Notes under the pieces: model-generated | Database searches by the model: none | Told to the model about the DNA's origin: nothing | What the model saw: the letters and a program-made list of their open reading frames with translations, nothing else | Translations under genes and position numbers: made by a program | Part shown: piece after piece, positions 25,829 through 39,800 of the stretch | Layout of the letters: each line of letters starts with the position of its first letter | Position numbering within the stretch: the stretch's first letter is position 1 | Assembly: GCF_009914755.1 (NCBI RefSeq) | Contig: NC_060940.1 | DNA: 64,000 bases | Direction: 5' to 3' (one strand) | Source: the human T2T-CHM13v2.0 reference genome, Homo sapiens

Positions 25829-27864
25829 ATGATTCTCAGAAACTGTTTTGTGATGTGTGCGTTCAACTCACAGAGTTTAACCTTTCTTTTCAAAGAGCAG
25901 TTAAGAAACACTCTGTTTGTAAAGTCTGCAAGTGGATATTCATACCTCTTTGAGGCGTTCTTTGGAAACGGGATTTCTTCATATTATGCTAGACAGAAGA
26001 ATTCTCAGTAACTTCCTTGTGTTGTGTGTATTCAACTCACAGAGTTGAACGATCCTTTACACAGAGCAGATTTGAAACACTCTTTTTCTGGAATTTGCAA
26101 GTGGAGATTTCAGCCGCTTTGTGGTCAATGGTAGAAAAGGAAATATCTTCATATAAAAACTAGACAGAATGATTCTCAGAAACTCCTTTGTGATGTGTGC
26201 GTTCAACTCACAGAGTTTAACCTTTCTTTTCACAGAGCAGTTAGGAAACACTCTGTTTGTAAAGTCTGCAAGTGGATATTCAGACCTCTTTGAGGCCTTC
26301 GTTGGAAACGGGATTTCTTCATGTTATGCTAGACAGAAGAATTCTCAGTAACTTCCTTGTGTTGTGTGTATTCAACTCACAGGGTTGAACGATCCTTTAC
26401 ACAGAGCAGATTTGAAACACTCTTTTTCTGGAATTTGCAAGTGGAGATTTCAGCCGCTTTGAGGTCAATGGTAGAAAAGGAAATATCTTCGTATAAAAAG
26501 TAGACAGAATGATTCTCAGAAACTCCTTTGTGATGTGTGCGTTCAACTCACAGAGTTTAACCTTTCTTTTCACAGAGCAGTTAGGAAACACTCTGTTTGT
26601 GAAGTCTGCCAGTGGATATTCGGACCTCTTTGAGGCCTTCCTTGGAAACGGGATTTCTTCATATTATGCTAGACAGATTTCTCAGTAACTACTTTGTGTT
26701 ATGTGTATGCAACTCACAGAGTTCATCCTTCCTTTAGACAGAGCAGATTTGAAACACTCTTTTTGTGGAATTTGCAAGTGGAGATTTCAAGCGCTTCGAC
26801 GCCAATGGTCGAAAAGGAAATATCTTCGTATAAAAACAAGACAAAATCATTCCCAGAAACTGCGTAGTGATGTGTGTGTTTAACTCACAGAGTTTCACCT
26901 TTCTTTTCATACAGAATTCTGGAAACCCTCTGTTTGTAAAGTCTGCAAGTGTATATTTGGACCTCTTAGATGCCTTCGTTGGAAACGGGATTTCGTCATA
27001 TAATGGTAGAGGGAAGAATTCTCAGTAACTTCTTTGTGTTGTCTGTATTCAACTGACAGAGTTGAACCTTCCTTTAGACAGAGCAGATTTGAAAGTCTCT
27101 TTTTGTGGAATTTGCAAGTGGAGATTTCAAGCGCTTTGAGGCCAAAAGCAGAAAAGGAAATATTTTCCTATAAAAACTAGACAGAATCATTCTCAGAAAC
27201 TGCTCTGTGATGTGTGCGTTCAACTCACACAGTTTAACTTTTCTTTTCATTCAGCAGTTTGGAAACACTCTGTTTGGAAAGTCTGCACGTGGATATTTTG
27301 ACCTCTTTGAGGCCTTCGTTGGAAACGGGTTTTTTTCATGTAAGGCTAGACAGAGGAAATCTCAGTAACTTCCTTGTGTTGTGTGTATTCAACTGACAGG
27401 GTTGAACCTTCCTTTAGACAGAGCAGATTCGAAACACTCTTTTTCTGCAATTTGCAAGTGGAGACTTCAAGCGCTTTGAGGCCAAAGGCAGAAAAGGAAA
27501 TATCTTCGTATAAAAACCCGACAGAATCATTCTCAGAAACTGCTCTGTGATGTGTGCGTTCAACTCACAGAGTTTAACTTTTCTTTTCATTCAGCAGTTT
27601 GGAAACACTCTGTTTGTAAAGTCTGCAAGTGGATATCTTGGCCTCTTAGAGGCCTTCATTGGAAACGGGTTTTTTCATGTAAGGTTAGACAGAGGAATTC
27701 CCAGTAACTTCCTTGTGTTGTGTGCATTCAACTCACAGAGTTGAATGATTCTTTACACAGAGCAGATTTGAGACACTCTTTTGGTGGAATTTGTTAGTGG
27801 AGAATTCAGCCGCTTTGAGGTCAACGGTAGAAAAGGAAATATCTTCGTATAAAAACTAGACAGA
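25829..27864. repeat. 12-mer HOR structural variant, copy 4 (2036 bp)
   Basis: Matches 3759-5793 at offset 22070, including TTAAGAAAC. It is one base longer because of the T-tract at ~27330. Confidence 0.92.
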
Positions 27865-30800
27865 ATGATTCTCAGAAACTTTTTTGTGATGTGTGCGTTC
27901 AACTCACAGAGTTTAACCTTTCTTTTCAAAGAGCAGTTAGGAAACACTCTGTTTGTAAAGTCTGCAAGTGGATATTCAGACCTCTTTGAGGCCTTCGTTG
28001 GAAACGGGATTTCTTCATATTATGCTAGACAGATGAATTCTCAGTAACTTCCTTGTGTTGTGTGTATTCAACTCACAGAGTTGAACGATCCTTTACACAG
28101 AGAAGATTTGAAACACTGTTTTTCTGGAATTTGCAAGTGGAGATTTCAGCCGCTTTGAGGTCAATGGTAGAAAAAGAAATATCTTCGTATAAAAACTAGA
28201 CAGAATGATTCTCAGAAACTCCTTTGTGATGTGTGCGTTCAACTCACAGAGTTTAACCTTTCTTTTCACAGAGCAGTTAGGAAACACTCTGTTTGTGAAG
28301 CCTGCCAGTGGATATTCGGACCTCTTTGAGGCCTTCGTTGGAAACGGGATTTCTTCATATTATGCTAGACAGAAGATTTCTCAGTAACTTCTTTGTGTTG
28401 TGTGTATGCAACTCACAGAGTTCAACCTTCCTTTAGACAGAGCAGATTTGAAACACTCTTTTTGTGGAATTTGCAAGTGGAGATTTCAAGCGCTTCGATG
28501 CCAATGGTAGAAAAGGAAATATCTTCGTATAAAAACAAGACAAACTCGTTCCCAGACACTGCGTAGTGATGTGTGTGTTTAACTCACAGAGTTTAACCTT
28601 TCTTTTCATACAGCATTCTGGAAACCCTCTGTTTGTAAAGTCTGCAAGTGGATATTTGGACCTCTTAGATGCCTTCGTTGGAAACGGGATTTCTTCATAT
28701 AATGCTAGAGGGAAGAATTCTTAGTAACTTCTTTGTGTTGTGTGTATTCAACTGACAGAGTTGAACCTTCCTTTAGACAGAGCAGATTCGAAAGTCTCTT
28801 TTTGTGGAATTTGCAAGTGGAGATTTCAAGCGCTTTGAGGCCAAAAGCAGAAAAGGAAATATTTTCCTATAAAAACTAGACAGAATCATTCTCAGAAACT
28901 GCTCTGTGATGTGTGTGTTCAACTCACAGAGTTTAACTTTCTTTTCATTCAGCAGTTTGGAAACACTCTGTTTGGAAAGTCTGCACGTGGATATTTTGAC
29001 CTCTTTGAGGCCTTCGTTGGAAACGGGTTTTTTCATGTAAGGCTAGACAGAAGAAATCTCAGTAACTTCCTTGTGTTGTGTGTATTCAACTGACAGAGTT
29101 GAACCTTCCTTTAGACAGAGCAGATTCGAAACACTCTTTTTCTGCAATTTGCAAGTGGAGACTTCAAGTGCTTTGAGGCCAAAGGCAGAAAAGGAAATAT
29201 CTTCGTATAAAAACCCGACAGAATCATTCTCAGAAACTGCTCTGTGATGTGTGCGTTCAACTCACAGAGTTTAACTTTTCTTTTCATTCAGCAGTTTGGA
29301 AACACTCTGTTTGTAAAGTCTGCAAGTGGATATCTTGGCCTCTTAGAGGCCTTCGTTGGAAACGGGTTTTTTCATTTAAGGTTAGACAGAGGAATTCCCA
29401 GTAACTTCCTTGTGTTGTGTGCATTCAACTCACAGAGTTGAATGATTCTTTACACAGAGCAGATTTGAGACACTCTTTTGGTGGAATTTGTTAGTGGAGA
29501 ATTCAGCCGCTTTGAGGTCAATGGTAGAAAAGGAAATATCTTCGTATAAAAACTAGACAGAATGATTCTCAGAAACTGTTTTGTGATGTGTGCGTTCAAC
29601 TCACAGAGTTTAACCTTTCTTTTCAAAGAGCAGTTAGGAAACACTCTGTTTGTAAAGTCTGCAAGCGGATATTCAGACCTCTTTGAGACCTTCGTTGGAA
29701 ACGGGATTTCTTCATATTATGCTAGACAGATGAATTCTCAGTAACTTCCTTGTGTTGTGTGTATTCAACTCACAGAGTTGAACGATCCTTTACACAGAGC
29801 AGATTTGAAACACTGTTTTTCTGGAATTTGCAAGTGGAGATTTCAGCCGCTTTGAGGTCAATGGTAGAAAAGGAAATATCTTCGTATAAAAACTAGACAG
29901 AATGATTCTCAGAAACTCCTTTGTGATGTGTGCGTTCAACTCACAGAGTTTAACCTTTCTTTTCACAGAGCAGTTAGGAAACACTCTGTTTGTGAAGCCT
30001 GCCAGTGGATATTCGGACCTCTTTGAGGCCTTCGTTGGAAACGGGATTTCTTCATATTATGCTAGACAGAAGATTTCTCAGTAACTTCTTTGTGTTGTGT
30101 GTATGCAACTCACAGAGTTCAACCTTCCTTTAGACAGAGCAGATTTGAAACACTCTTTTTGTGGAATTTGCAAGTGGAGATTTCAAGCGCTTCGATGCCA
30201 ATGGTAGAAAAGGAAATATCTTCGTATAAAAACAAGACAAACTCGTTCCCAGACACTGCGTAGTGATGTGTGTGTTTAACTCACAGAGTTTCACCTTTCT
30301 TTTCATACAGCATTCTGGAAACCCTCTGTTTGTAAAGTCTGCAAGTGGATATTTGGACCTCTTAGATGCCTTCGTTGGAAACGGGATTTCTTCATATAAT
30401 GCTAGAGGGAAGAATTCTTAGTAACTTCTTTGTGTTGTGTGTATTCAACTGACAGAGTTGAACCTTCCTTTAGACAGAGCAGATTTGAAAGTCTCTTTTT
30501 GTGGAATTTGCAAGTGGAGATTTCAAGCGCTTTGAGGCCAAAAGCAGAAAAGGAAATATTTTCCTATAAAAACTAGACAGAATCATTCTCAGAAACTGCT
30601 CTGTGATGTGTGTGTTCAACTCACAGAGTTTAACTTTCTTTTCATTCAGCAGTTTGGAAACACTCTGTTTGGAAAGTCTGCACGTGGATATTTTGACCTC
30701 TTTGAGGCCTTCGTTGGAAACGGGTTTTTTTCATGTAAGGCTAGACAGAAGAAATCTCAGTAACTTCCTTGTGTTGTGTGTATTCAACTGACAGAGTTGA

Positions 30801-33800
30801 ACCTTCCTTTAGACAGAGCAGATTCGAAACACTCTTTTTCTGCAATTTGCAAGTGGAGACTTCAAGCGCTTTGAGGCCAAAGGCAGAAAAGGAAATATCT
30901 TCGTATAAAAACCCGACAGAATCATTCTCAGAAACTGCTCTGTGATATGTGCGTTCAACTCACAGAGTTTAACTTTTCTTTTCATTCAGCAGTTTGGAAA
31001 CACTCTGTTTGTAAAGTCTGCAAGTGGATATCTTGGCCTCTTAGAGGCCTTCGTTGGAAACGGGTTTTTTCATGTAAGGTTAGACAGAGGAATTCCCAGT
31101 AACTTCCTTGTGTTGTGTGCATTCAACTCACAGAGTTGAATGATTCTTTACACAGAGCAGATTTGAGACACTCTTTTGGTGGAATTTGTTAGTGGAGAAT
31201 TCAGCCGCTTTGAGGTCAACGGTAGAAAAGGAAATATCTTCGTATAAAAACTAGACAGAATGATTCTCAGAAACTGTTTTGTGATGTGTGCGTTCAACTC
31301 ACAGAGTTTAACCTTTCTTTTCAAAGAGCAGTTAGGAAACACTCTGTTTGTAAAGTCTGCAAGCGGATATTCAGTCCTCTTTGAGGCCTTCGTTGGAAAC
31401 GGGATTTCTTCATATTATGCTAGACAGATGAATTCTCAGTAACTTCCTTGTGTTGTGTGTATTCAACTCACAGAGTTGAACGATCCTTTACACAGAGCAG
31501 ATTTGAAACACTCTTTTTCTGGAATTTGCAAGTGGAGATTTCAGCCGCTTTGAGGTCAATGGTAGAAAAGGAAATATCTTCGTATAAAAACTAGACAGAA
31601 TGATTCTCAGAAACTCCTTTGTGATGTGTGCGTTCAACTCACAGAGTTTAACCTTTCTTTTCACAGAGCAGTTAGGAAACACTCTGTTTGTGAAGCCTGC
31701 CAGTGGATATTCGGACCTCTTTGAGGCCTTCGTTGGAAACGGGATTTCTTCATATTTTGCTAGACAGAAGATTTCTCAGTAACTTCTTTGTGTTGTGTGT
31801 ATGCAACTCACAGAGTTCAACCTTCCTTTAGACAGAGCAGATTTGAAACACTCTTTTTGTGGAATTTGCAAGTGGAAATTTCAAGCGCATCGATGCCAAT
31901 GGTAGAAAAGGAAATATCTTCGTATAAAAACAAGACAAACTCGTTCCCAGACACTGCGTAGTGATGTGTGTGTTTAACTCACAGAGTTTAACCTTTCTTT
32001 TCATACAGCATTCTGGAAACCCTCTGTTTGTAAAGTCTGCAAGTGGATATTTGGACCTCTTAGATGCCTTCGTTGGAAACGGGATTTCCTCATATAATGC
32101 TAGAGGGAAGAATTCTTAGTAACTTCTTTGTGTTGTGTGTATTCAACTGACAGAGTTGAACCTTCCTTTAGACAGAGCAGATTTGAAAGTCTCTTTTTGT
32201 GGAATTTGCAAGTGGAGATTTCAAGCGCTTTGAGGCCAAAAGCAGAAAAGGAAATATTTTCCTATAAAAACTAGACAGAATCTTTCTCAGAAACTGCTCT
32301 GGGATGTGTGCGTTCAACTCACAGAGTTTAACTTTTCTTTTCATTCAGCAGTTTGGAAACACTCTGTTTGGAAAGTCTGCACGTGGATATTTTGACCTCT
32401 TTGAGGCCTTCGTTGGAAACGGGTTTTTTTCATGTAAGGCTAGACAGAAGAAATCTCAGTAACTTCCTTGTGTTGTGTGTATTCAACTGACAGAGTTGAA
32501 CCTTCCTTTAGACAGAGCAGATTCGAAACACTCTTTTTCTGCAATTTGCAAGTGGAGACTTCAAGCGCTTTGAGGCCAAAGGCAGAAAAGGAAATATCTT
32601 CGTATAAAAACCCGACAGAATCATTCTCAGAAACTGCTCTGTGATGTGTGCGTTCAACTCACAGAGTTTAACTTTTCTTTTCATTCAGCAGTTTGGAAAC
32701 ACTCTGTTTGTAAAGTCTGCAAGTGGATATCTTGGCCTCTTAGAGGCCTTCGTTGGAAACGGGTTTTTTCATGTAAGGTTAGACAGAGGAATTCCCAGTA
32801 ACTTCCTTGTGTTGTGTGCATTCAACTCACAGAGTTGAATGATTCTTTACACAGAGCAGATTTGAGACACTCTTTGGGTGGAATTTGTAAGTGGAGAATT
32901 CAGCCGCTTTGAGGTCAACGGTAGAAAAGGAAATATCTTCGTATAAAAACTAGACAGAATGATTCTCAGAAACTGTTTTTTGATGTGTGCGTTCAACTCA
33001 CAGAGTTTAACCTTTCTTTTCAAAGAGCAGTTAGGAAACACTCTGTTTGTAAAGTCTGCAAGTGGATATTCAGACCTCTTTGAGGCCTTCGTTGGAAACG
33101 GGATTTCTTCATATTATGCTAGACAGATGAATTCTCAGTAACTTCCTTGTGTTGTGTGTATTCAACTCACAGAGTTGAACGATCCTTTACACAGAGCAGA
33201 TTTGAAACACTGTTTTTCTGGAATTTGCAAGTGGAGATTTCAGCCGCTTTGAGGTCAATGGTAGAAAAGCAAATATCTTCGTATAAAAACTAGACAGAAT
33301 GATTCTCAGAAACTCCTTTGTGATGTGTGCGTTCAACTCACAGAGTTTAACCTTTCTTTTCACAGAGCAGTTAGGAAACACTCTGTTTGTGAAGCCTGCC
33401 AGTGGATAATCGGACCTCTTTGAGGCCTTCGTTGGAAACGGGATTTCTTCATATTTTGCTAGACAGAAGATTTCTCAGTAACTTCTTTGTGTTGTGTGTA
33501 TGCAACTCACAGAGTTCAACCTTCCTTTAGACAGAGCAGATTTGAAACACTCTTTTTGTGGAATTTGCAAGTGGAGATTTCAAGCGCTTCGATGCCAATG
33601 GTAGAAAACGAAATATCTTCGTATAAAAACAAGACAAACTCGTTCCCAGACACTGCGTAGTGATGTGTGTGTTTAACTCACAGAGTTTAACCTTTCTTTT
33701 CATACAGCATTCTGGAAACCCTGTGTTTGTAAAGTCTGCAAGTGGATATTTGGACCTCTTAGATGCCTTCGTTGGAAACGGGATTTCTTCATATAATGCT

Positions 33801-36800
33801 AGAGGGAAGAATTCTTAGTAACTTCTTTGTGTTGTGTGTATTCAACTGACAGAGTTGAACCTTCCTTTAGACAGAGCAGATTTGAAAGTCTCTTTTTGTG
33901 GAATTTGCAAGTGGAGATTTCAAGCGCTTTGAGGCCAAAAGCAGAAAAGGAAATATTTTCCTATAAAAACTAGACAGAATCTTTCTCAGAAACTGCTCTG
34001 GGATGTGTGCGTTCAACTCACAGAGTTTAACTTTTCTTTTCATTCAGCAGTTTGGAAACACTCTGTTTGGAAAGTCTGCACGTGGATATTTTGACATCTT
34101 TGAGGCCTTCGTTGGAAACGGGTTTTTTTCATGTAAGGCTAGACAGAAGAAATCTCAGTAACTTCCTTGTGTTGTGTGTATTCAACTGACAGAGTTGAAC
34201 CTTCCTTTAGACAGAGCAGATTCGAAACACTCTTTTTCTGCAATTTGCAAGTGGAGACTTCAAGCGCTTTGAGGCCAAAGGCAGAAAAGGAAATATCTTC
34301 GTATAAAAACCCGACAGAATCATTCTCAGAAACTGCTCTGTGATGTGTGCGTTCAACTCACAGAGTTTAACTTTTCTTTTCATTCAGCAGTTTGGAAACA
34401 CTCTGTTTGTAAAGTCTGCAAGTGGATATCTTGGCCTCTTAGAGGCCTTCGTTGGAAACGGGTTTTTTCATGTAAGGATAGACAGAGGAATTCCCAGTAA
34501 CTTCCTTGTGTTGTGTGCATTCAACTCACAGAGTTGAACGATTCTTTACACAGAGCAGATTTGAGACACTCTTTTGGTGGAATTTGTAAGTGGAGAATTC
34601 AGCCGCTTTGAGGTCAACGGTAGAAAAGGAAATATCTTCGTATAAAAACTAGACAGAATGATTCTCAGAAACTGTTTTGTGATGTGTGCGTTCAACTCAC
34701 AGAGTTTAACCTTTCTTTTCAGAGAGCAGTTAGGAAACACTCTGTAAAGTCTGCAAGTGGATATTCAGACCTCTTTGAGGCCTTCGTTGGAAACGGGATT
34801 TCTTCATATTATGCTAGACAGATGAATTCTCAGTAACTTCCTTGTGTTGTGTGTATTCAACTCACAGAGTTGAACGATCCTTTACACAGAGCAGATTTGA
34901 AACACTGTTTTTCTGGAATTTGCAAGTGGAGATTTCAGCCGCTTTGAGGTCAATGGTAGAAAAGGAAATATCTTCGTATAAAAACTAGACAGAATGATTC
35001 TCAGAAACTCCTTTGTGATGTGTGCGTTCAACTCACAGAGTTTAACCTTTCTTTTCACAGAGCAGTTAGGAAACACTCTGTTTGTGAAGCCTGCCAGTGG
35101 ATATTCGGACCTCTTTCAGGCCTTCGTTGGAAACGGGATTTCTTCATATTATGCTAGACAGAAGATTTCTCAGTAACTTCTTTGTGTTGTGTGTATGCAA
35201 CTCACAGAGTTCAACCTTCCTTTAGAAAGAGCAGATTTGAAACACTCTTTTTGTGGAATTTGCAAGTGGAGATTTCAAGCGCTTCGATGCCAATGGTAGA
35301 AAAGGAAATATCTTCGTATAAAAACAAGACAAACTCGTTCCCAGACACTGCGTAGTGATGTGTGTGTTTAACTCACAGAGTTTAACCTTTCTTTTCATAC
35401 AGCATTCTGGAAACCCTCTGTTTGTAAAGTCTGCAAGTGGATATTTGGACCTCTTAGATGCCTTCGTTGGAAACGGGATTTCCTCATATAATGCTAGAGG
35501 GAAGAATTCTTAGTAACTTCTTTGTGTTGTGTGTATTCAACTGACAGAGTTGAACCTTCCTTTAGACAGAGCAGATTTGAAAGTCTCTTTTTGTGGAATT
35601 TGCAAGTGGAGATTTCAAGCGCTTTGAGGCCAAAAGCAGAAAAGGAAATATTTTCCTATAAAAACTAGACAGAATCTTTCTCAGAAACTGCTCTGGGATG
35701 TGTGCGTTCAACTCACAGAGTTTAACTTTTCTTTTCATTCAGCAGTTTGGAAACACTCTGTTTGGAAAGTCTGCACGTGGATATTTTGACCTCTTTGAGG
35801 CCTTCGTTGGAAACGGGTTTTTTTCATGTAAGGCTAGACAGAAGAAATCTCAGTAACTTCCTTGTGTTGTGTGTATTCAACTGACAGAGTTGAACCTTCC
35901 TTTAGACAGAGCAGATTCGAAACACTCTTTTTCTGCAATTTGCAAGTGGAGACTTCAAGCGCTTTGAGGCCAAAGGCAGAAAAGGAAATATCTTCGTATA
36001 AAAACCCGACAGAATCATTCTCAGAAACTGCTCTGTGATGTGTGCGTTCAACTCACAGAGTTTAACTTTTCTTTTCATTCAGCAGTTTGGAAACACTCTG
36101 TTTGTAAAGTCTGCAAGTGGATATCTTGGCCTCTTAGAGGCCTTCGTTGGAAACGGGTTTTTTCATGTAAGGTTAGACAGAGGAATTCCCAGTAACTTCC
36201 TTGTGTTGTGTGCATTCAACTCACAGAGTTGAATGATTCTTTACACAGAGCAGATTTGAGACACTCTTTGGGTGGAATTTGTAAGTGGAGAATTCAGCCG
36301 CTTTGAGGTCAACGGTAGAAAAGGAAATATCTTCGTATAAAAACTAGACAGAATGATTCTCAGAAACTGTTTTTTGATGTGTGCGTTCAACTCACAGAGT
36401 TTAACCTTTCTTTTCAAAGAGCAGTTAGGAAACACTCTGTTTGTAAAGTCTGCAAGTGGATATTCAGACCTCTTTGAGGCCTTCGTTGGAAACGGGATTT
36501 CTTCATATTATGCTAGACAGATGAATTCTCAGTAACTTCCTTGTGTTGTGTGTATTCAACTCACAGAGTTGAACGATCCTTTACACAGAGCAGATTTGAA
36601 ACACTGTTTTTCTGGAATTTGCAAGTGGAGATTTCAGCCGCTTTGAGGTCAATGGTAGAAAAGCAAATATCTTCGTATAAAAACTAGACAGAATGATTCT
36701 CAGAAACTCCTTTGTGATGTGTGCGTTCAACTCACAGAGTTTAACCTTTCTTTTCACAGAGCAGTTAGGAAACACTCTGTTTGTGAAGCCTGCCAGTGGA

Positions 36801-39800
36801 TAATCGGACCTCTTTGAGGCCTTCGTTGGAAACGGGATTTCTTCATATTTTGCTAGACAGAAGATTTCTCAGTAACTTCTTTGTGTTGTGTGTATGCAAC
36901 TCACAGAGTTCAACCTTCCTTTAGACAGAGCAGATTTGAAACACTCTTTTTGTGGAATTTGCAAGTGGAGATTTCAAGCGCTTCGATGCCAATGGTAGAA
37001 AACGAAATATCTTCGTATAAAAACAAGACAAACTCGTTCCCAGACACTGCGTAGTGATGTGTGTGTTTAACTCACAGAGTTTAACCTTTCTTTTCATACA
37101 GCATTCTGGAAACCCTGTGTTTGTAAAGTCTGCAAGTGGATATTTGGACCTCTTAGATGCCTTCGTTGGAAACGGGATTTCTTCATATAATGCTAGAGGG
37201 AAGAATTCTTAGTAACTTCTTTGTGTTGTGTGTATTCAACTGACAGAGTTGAACCTTCCTTTAGACAGAGCAGATTTGAAAGTCTCTTTTTGTGGAATTT
37301 GCAAGTGGAGATTTCAAGCGCTTTGAGGCCAAAAGCAGAAAAGGAAATATTTTCCTATAAAAACTAGACAGAATCTTTCTCAGAAACTGCTCTGGGATGT
37401 GTGCGTTCAACTCACAGAGTTTAACTTTTCTTTTCATTCAGCAGTTTGGAAACACTCTGTTTGGAAAGTCTGCACGTGGATATTTTGACATCTTTGAGGC
37501 CTTCGTTGGAAACGGGTTTTTTTCATGTAAGGCTAGACAGAAGAAATCTCAGTAACTTCCTTGTGTTGTGTGTATTCAACTGACAGAGTTGAACCTTCCT
37601 TTAGACAGAGCAGATTCGAAACACTCTTTTTCTGCAATTTGCAAGTGGAGACTTCAAGCGCTTTGAGGCCAAAGGCAGAAAAGGAAATATCTTCGTATAA
37701 AAACCCGACAGAATCATTCTCAGAAACTGCTCTGTGATGTGTGCGTTCAACTCACAGAGTTTAACTTTTCTTTTCATTCAGCAGTTTGGAAACACTCTGT
37801 TTGTAAAGTCTGCAAGTGGATATCTTGGCCTCTTAGAGGCCTTCGTTGGAAACGGGTTTTTTCATGTAAGGATAGACAGAGGAATTCCCAGTAACTTCCT
37901 TGTGTTGTGTGCATTCAACTCACAGAGTTGAACGATTCTTTACACAGAGCAGATTTGAGACACTCTTTTGGTGGAATTTGTAAGTGGAGAATTCAGCCGC
38001 TTTGAGGTCAACGGTAGAAAAGGAAATATCTTCGTATAAAAACTAGACAGAATGATTCTCAGAAACTGTTTTGTGATGTGTGCGTTCAACTCACAGAGTT
38101 TAACCTTTCTTTTCAGAGAGCAGTTAGGAAACACTCTGTAAAGTCTGCAAGTGGATATTCAGACCTCTTTGAGGCCTTCGTTGGAAACGGGATTTCTTCA
38201 TATTATGCTAGACAGATGAATTCTCAGCAACTTCCTTGTGTTGTGTGTATTCAACTCACAGAGTTGAACGATCCTTTACACAGAGCAGATTTGAAACACT
38301 GTTTTTCTGGAATTTGCAAGTGGAGATTTCAGCCGCTTTGAGGTCAATGGTAGAAAAGCAAATATCTTCGTATAAAAACTAGACAGAATGATTCTCAGAA
38401 ACTCCTTTGTGATGTGTGCGTTCAACTCACAGAGTTTAACCTTTCTTTTCACAGAGCAGTTAGGAAACACTCTGTTTGTGAAGCCTGCCAGTGGATAATC
38501 GGACCTCTTTGAGGCCTTCGTTGGAAACGGGATTTCTTCATATTTTGCTAGACAGAAGATTTCTCAGTAACTTCTTTGTGTTGTGTGTATGCAACTCACA
38601 GAGTTCAACCTTCCTTTAGACAGAGCAGATTTGAAACACTCTTTTTGTGGAATTTGCAAGTGGAGATTTCAAGCGCTTCGATGCCAATGGTAGAAAACGA
38701 AATATCTTCGTATAAAAACAAGACAAACTCGTTCCCAGACACTGCGTAGTGATGTGTGTGTTTAACTCACAGAGTTTAACCTTTCTTTTCATACAGCATT
38801 CTGGAAACCCTGTGTTTGTAAAGTCTGCAAGTGGATATTTGGACCTCTTAGATGCCTTCGTTGGAAACGGGATTTCTTCATATAATGCTAGAGGGAAGAA
38901 TTCTTAGTAACTTCTTTGTGTTGTGTGTATTCAACTGACAGAGTTGAACCTTCCTTTAGACAGAGCAGATTTGAAAGTCTCTTTTTGTGGAATTTGCAAG
39001 TGGAGATTTCAAGCGCTTTGAGGCCAAAAGCAGAAAAGGAAATATTTTCCTATAAAAACTAGACAGAATCTTTCTCAGAAACTGCTCTGGGATGTGTGCG
39101 TTCAACTCACAGAGTTTAACTTTTCTTTTCATTCAGCAGTTTGGAAACACTCTGTTTGGAAAGTCTGCACGTGGATATTTTGACATCTTTGAGGCCTTCG
39201 TTGGAAACGGGTTTTTTTCATGTAAGGCTAGACAGAAGAAATCTCAGTAACTTCCTTGTGTTGTGTGTATTCAACTGACAGAGTTGAACCTTCCTTTAGA
39301 CAGAGCAGATTCGAAACACTCTTTTTCTGCAATTTGCAAGTGGAGACTTCAAGCGCTTTGAGGCCAAAGGCAGAAAAGGAAATATCTTCGTATAAAAACC
39401 CGACAGAATCATTCTCAGAAACTGCTCTGTGATGTGTGCGTTCAACTCACAGAGTTTAACTTTTCTTTTCATTCAGCAGTTTGGAAACACTCTGTTTGTA
39501 AAGTCTGCAAGTGGATATCTTGGCCTCTTAGAGGCCTTCGTTGGAAACGGGTTTTTTCATGTAAGGATAGACAGAGGAATTCCCAGTAACTTCCTTGTGT
39601 TGTGTGCATTCAACTCACAGAGTTGAACGATTCTTTACACAGAGCAGATTTGAGACACTCTTTTGGTGGAATTTGTAAGTGGAGAATTCAGCCGCTTTGA
39701 GGTCAACGGTAGAAAAGGAAATATCTTCGTATAAAAACTAGACAGAATGATTCTCAGAAACTGTTTTGTGATGTGTGCGTTCAACTCACAGAGTTTAACC

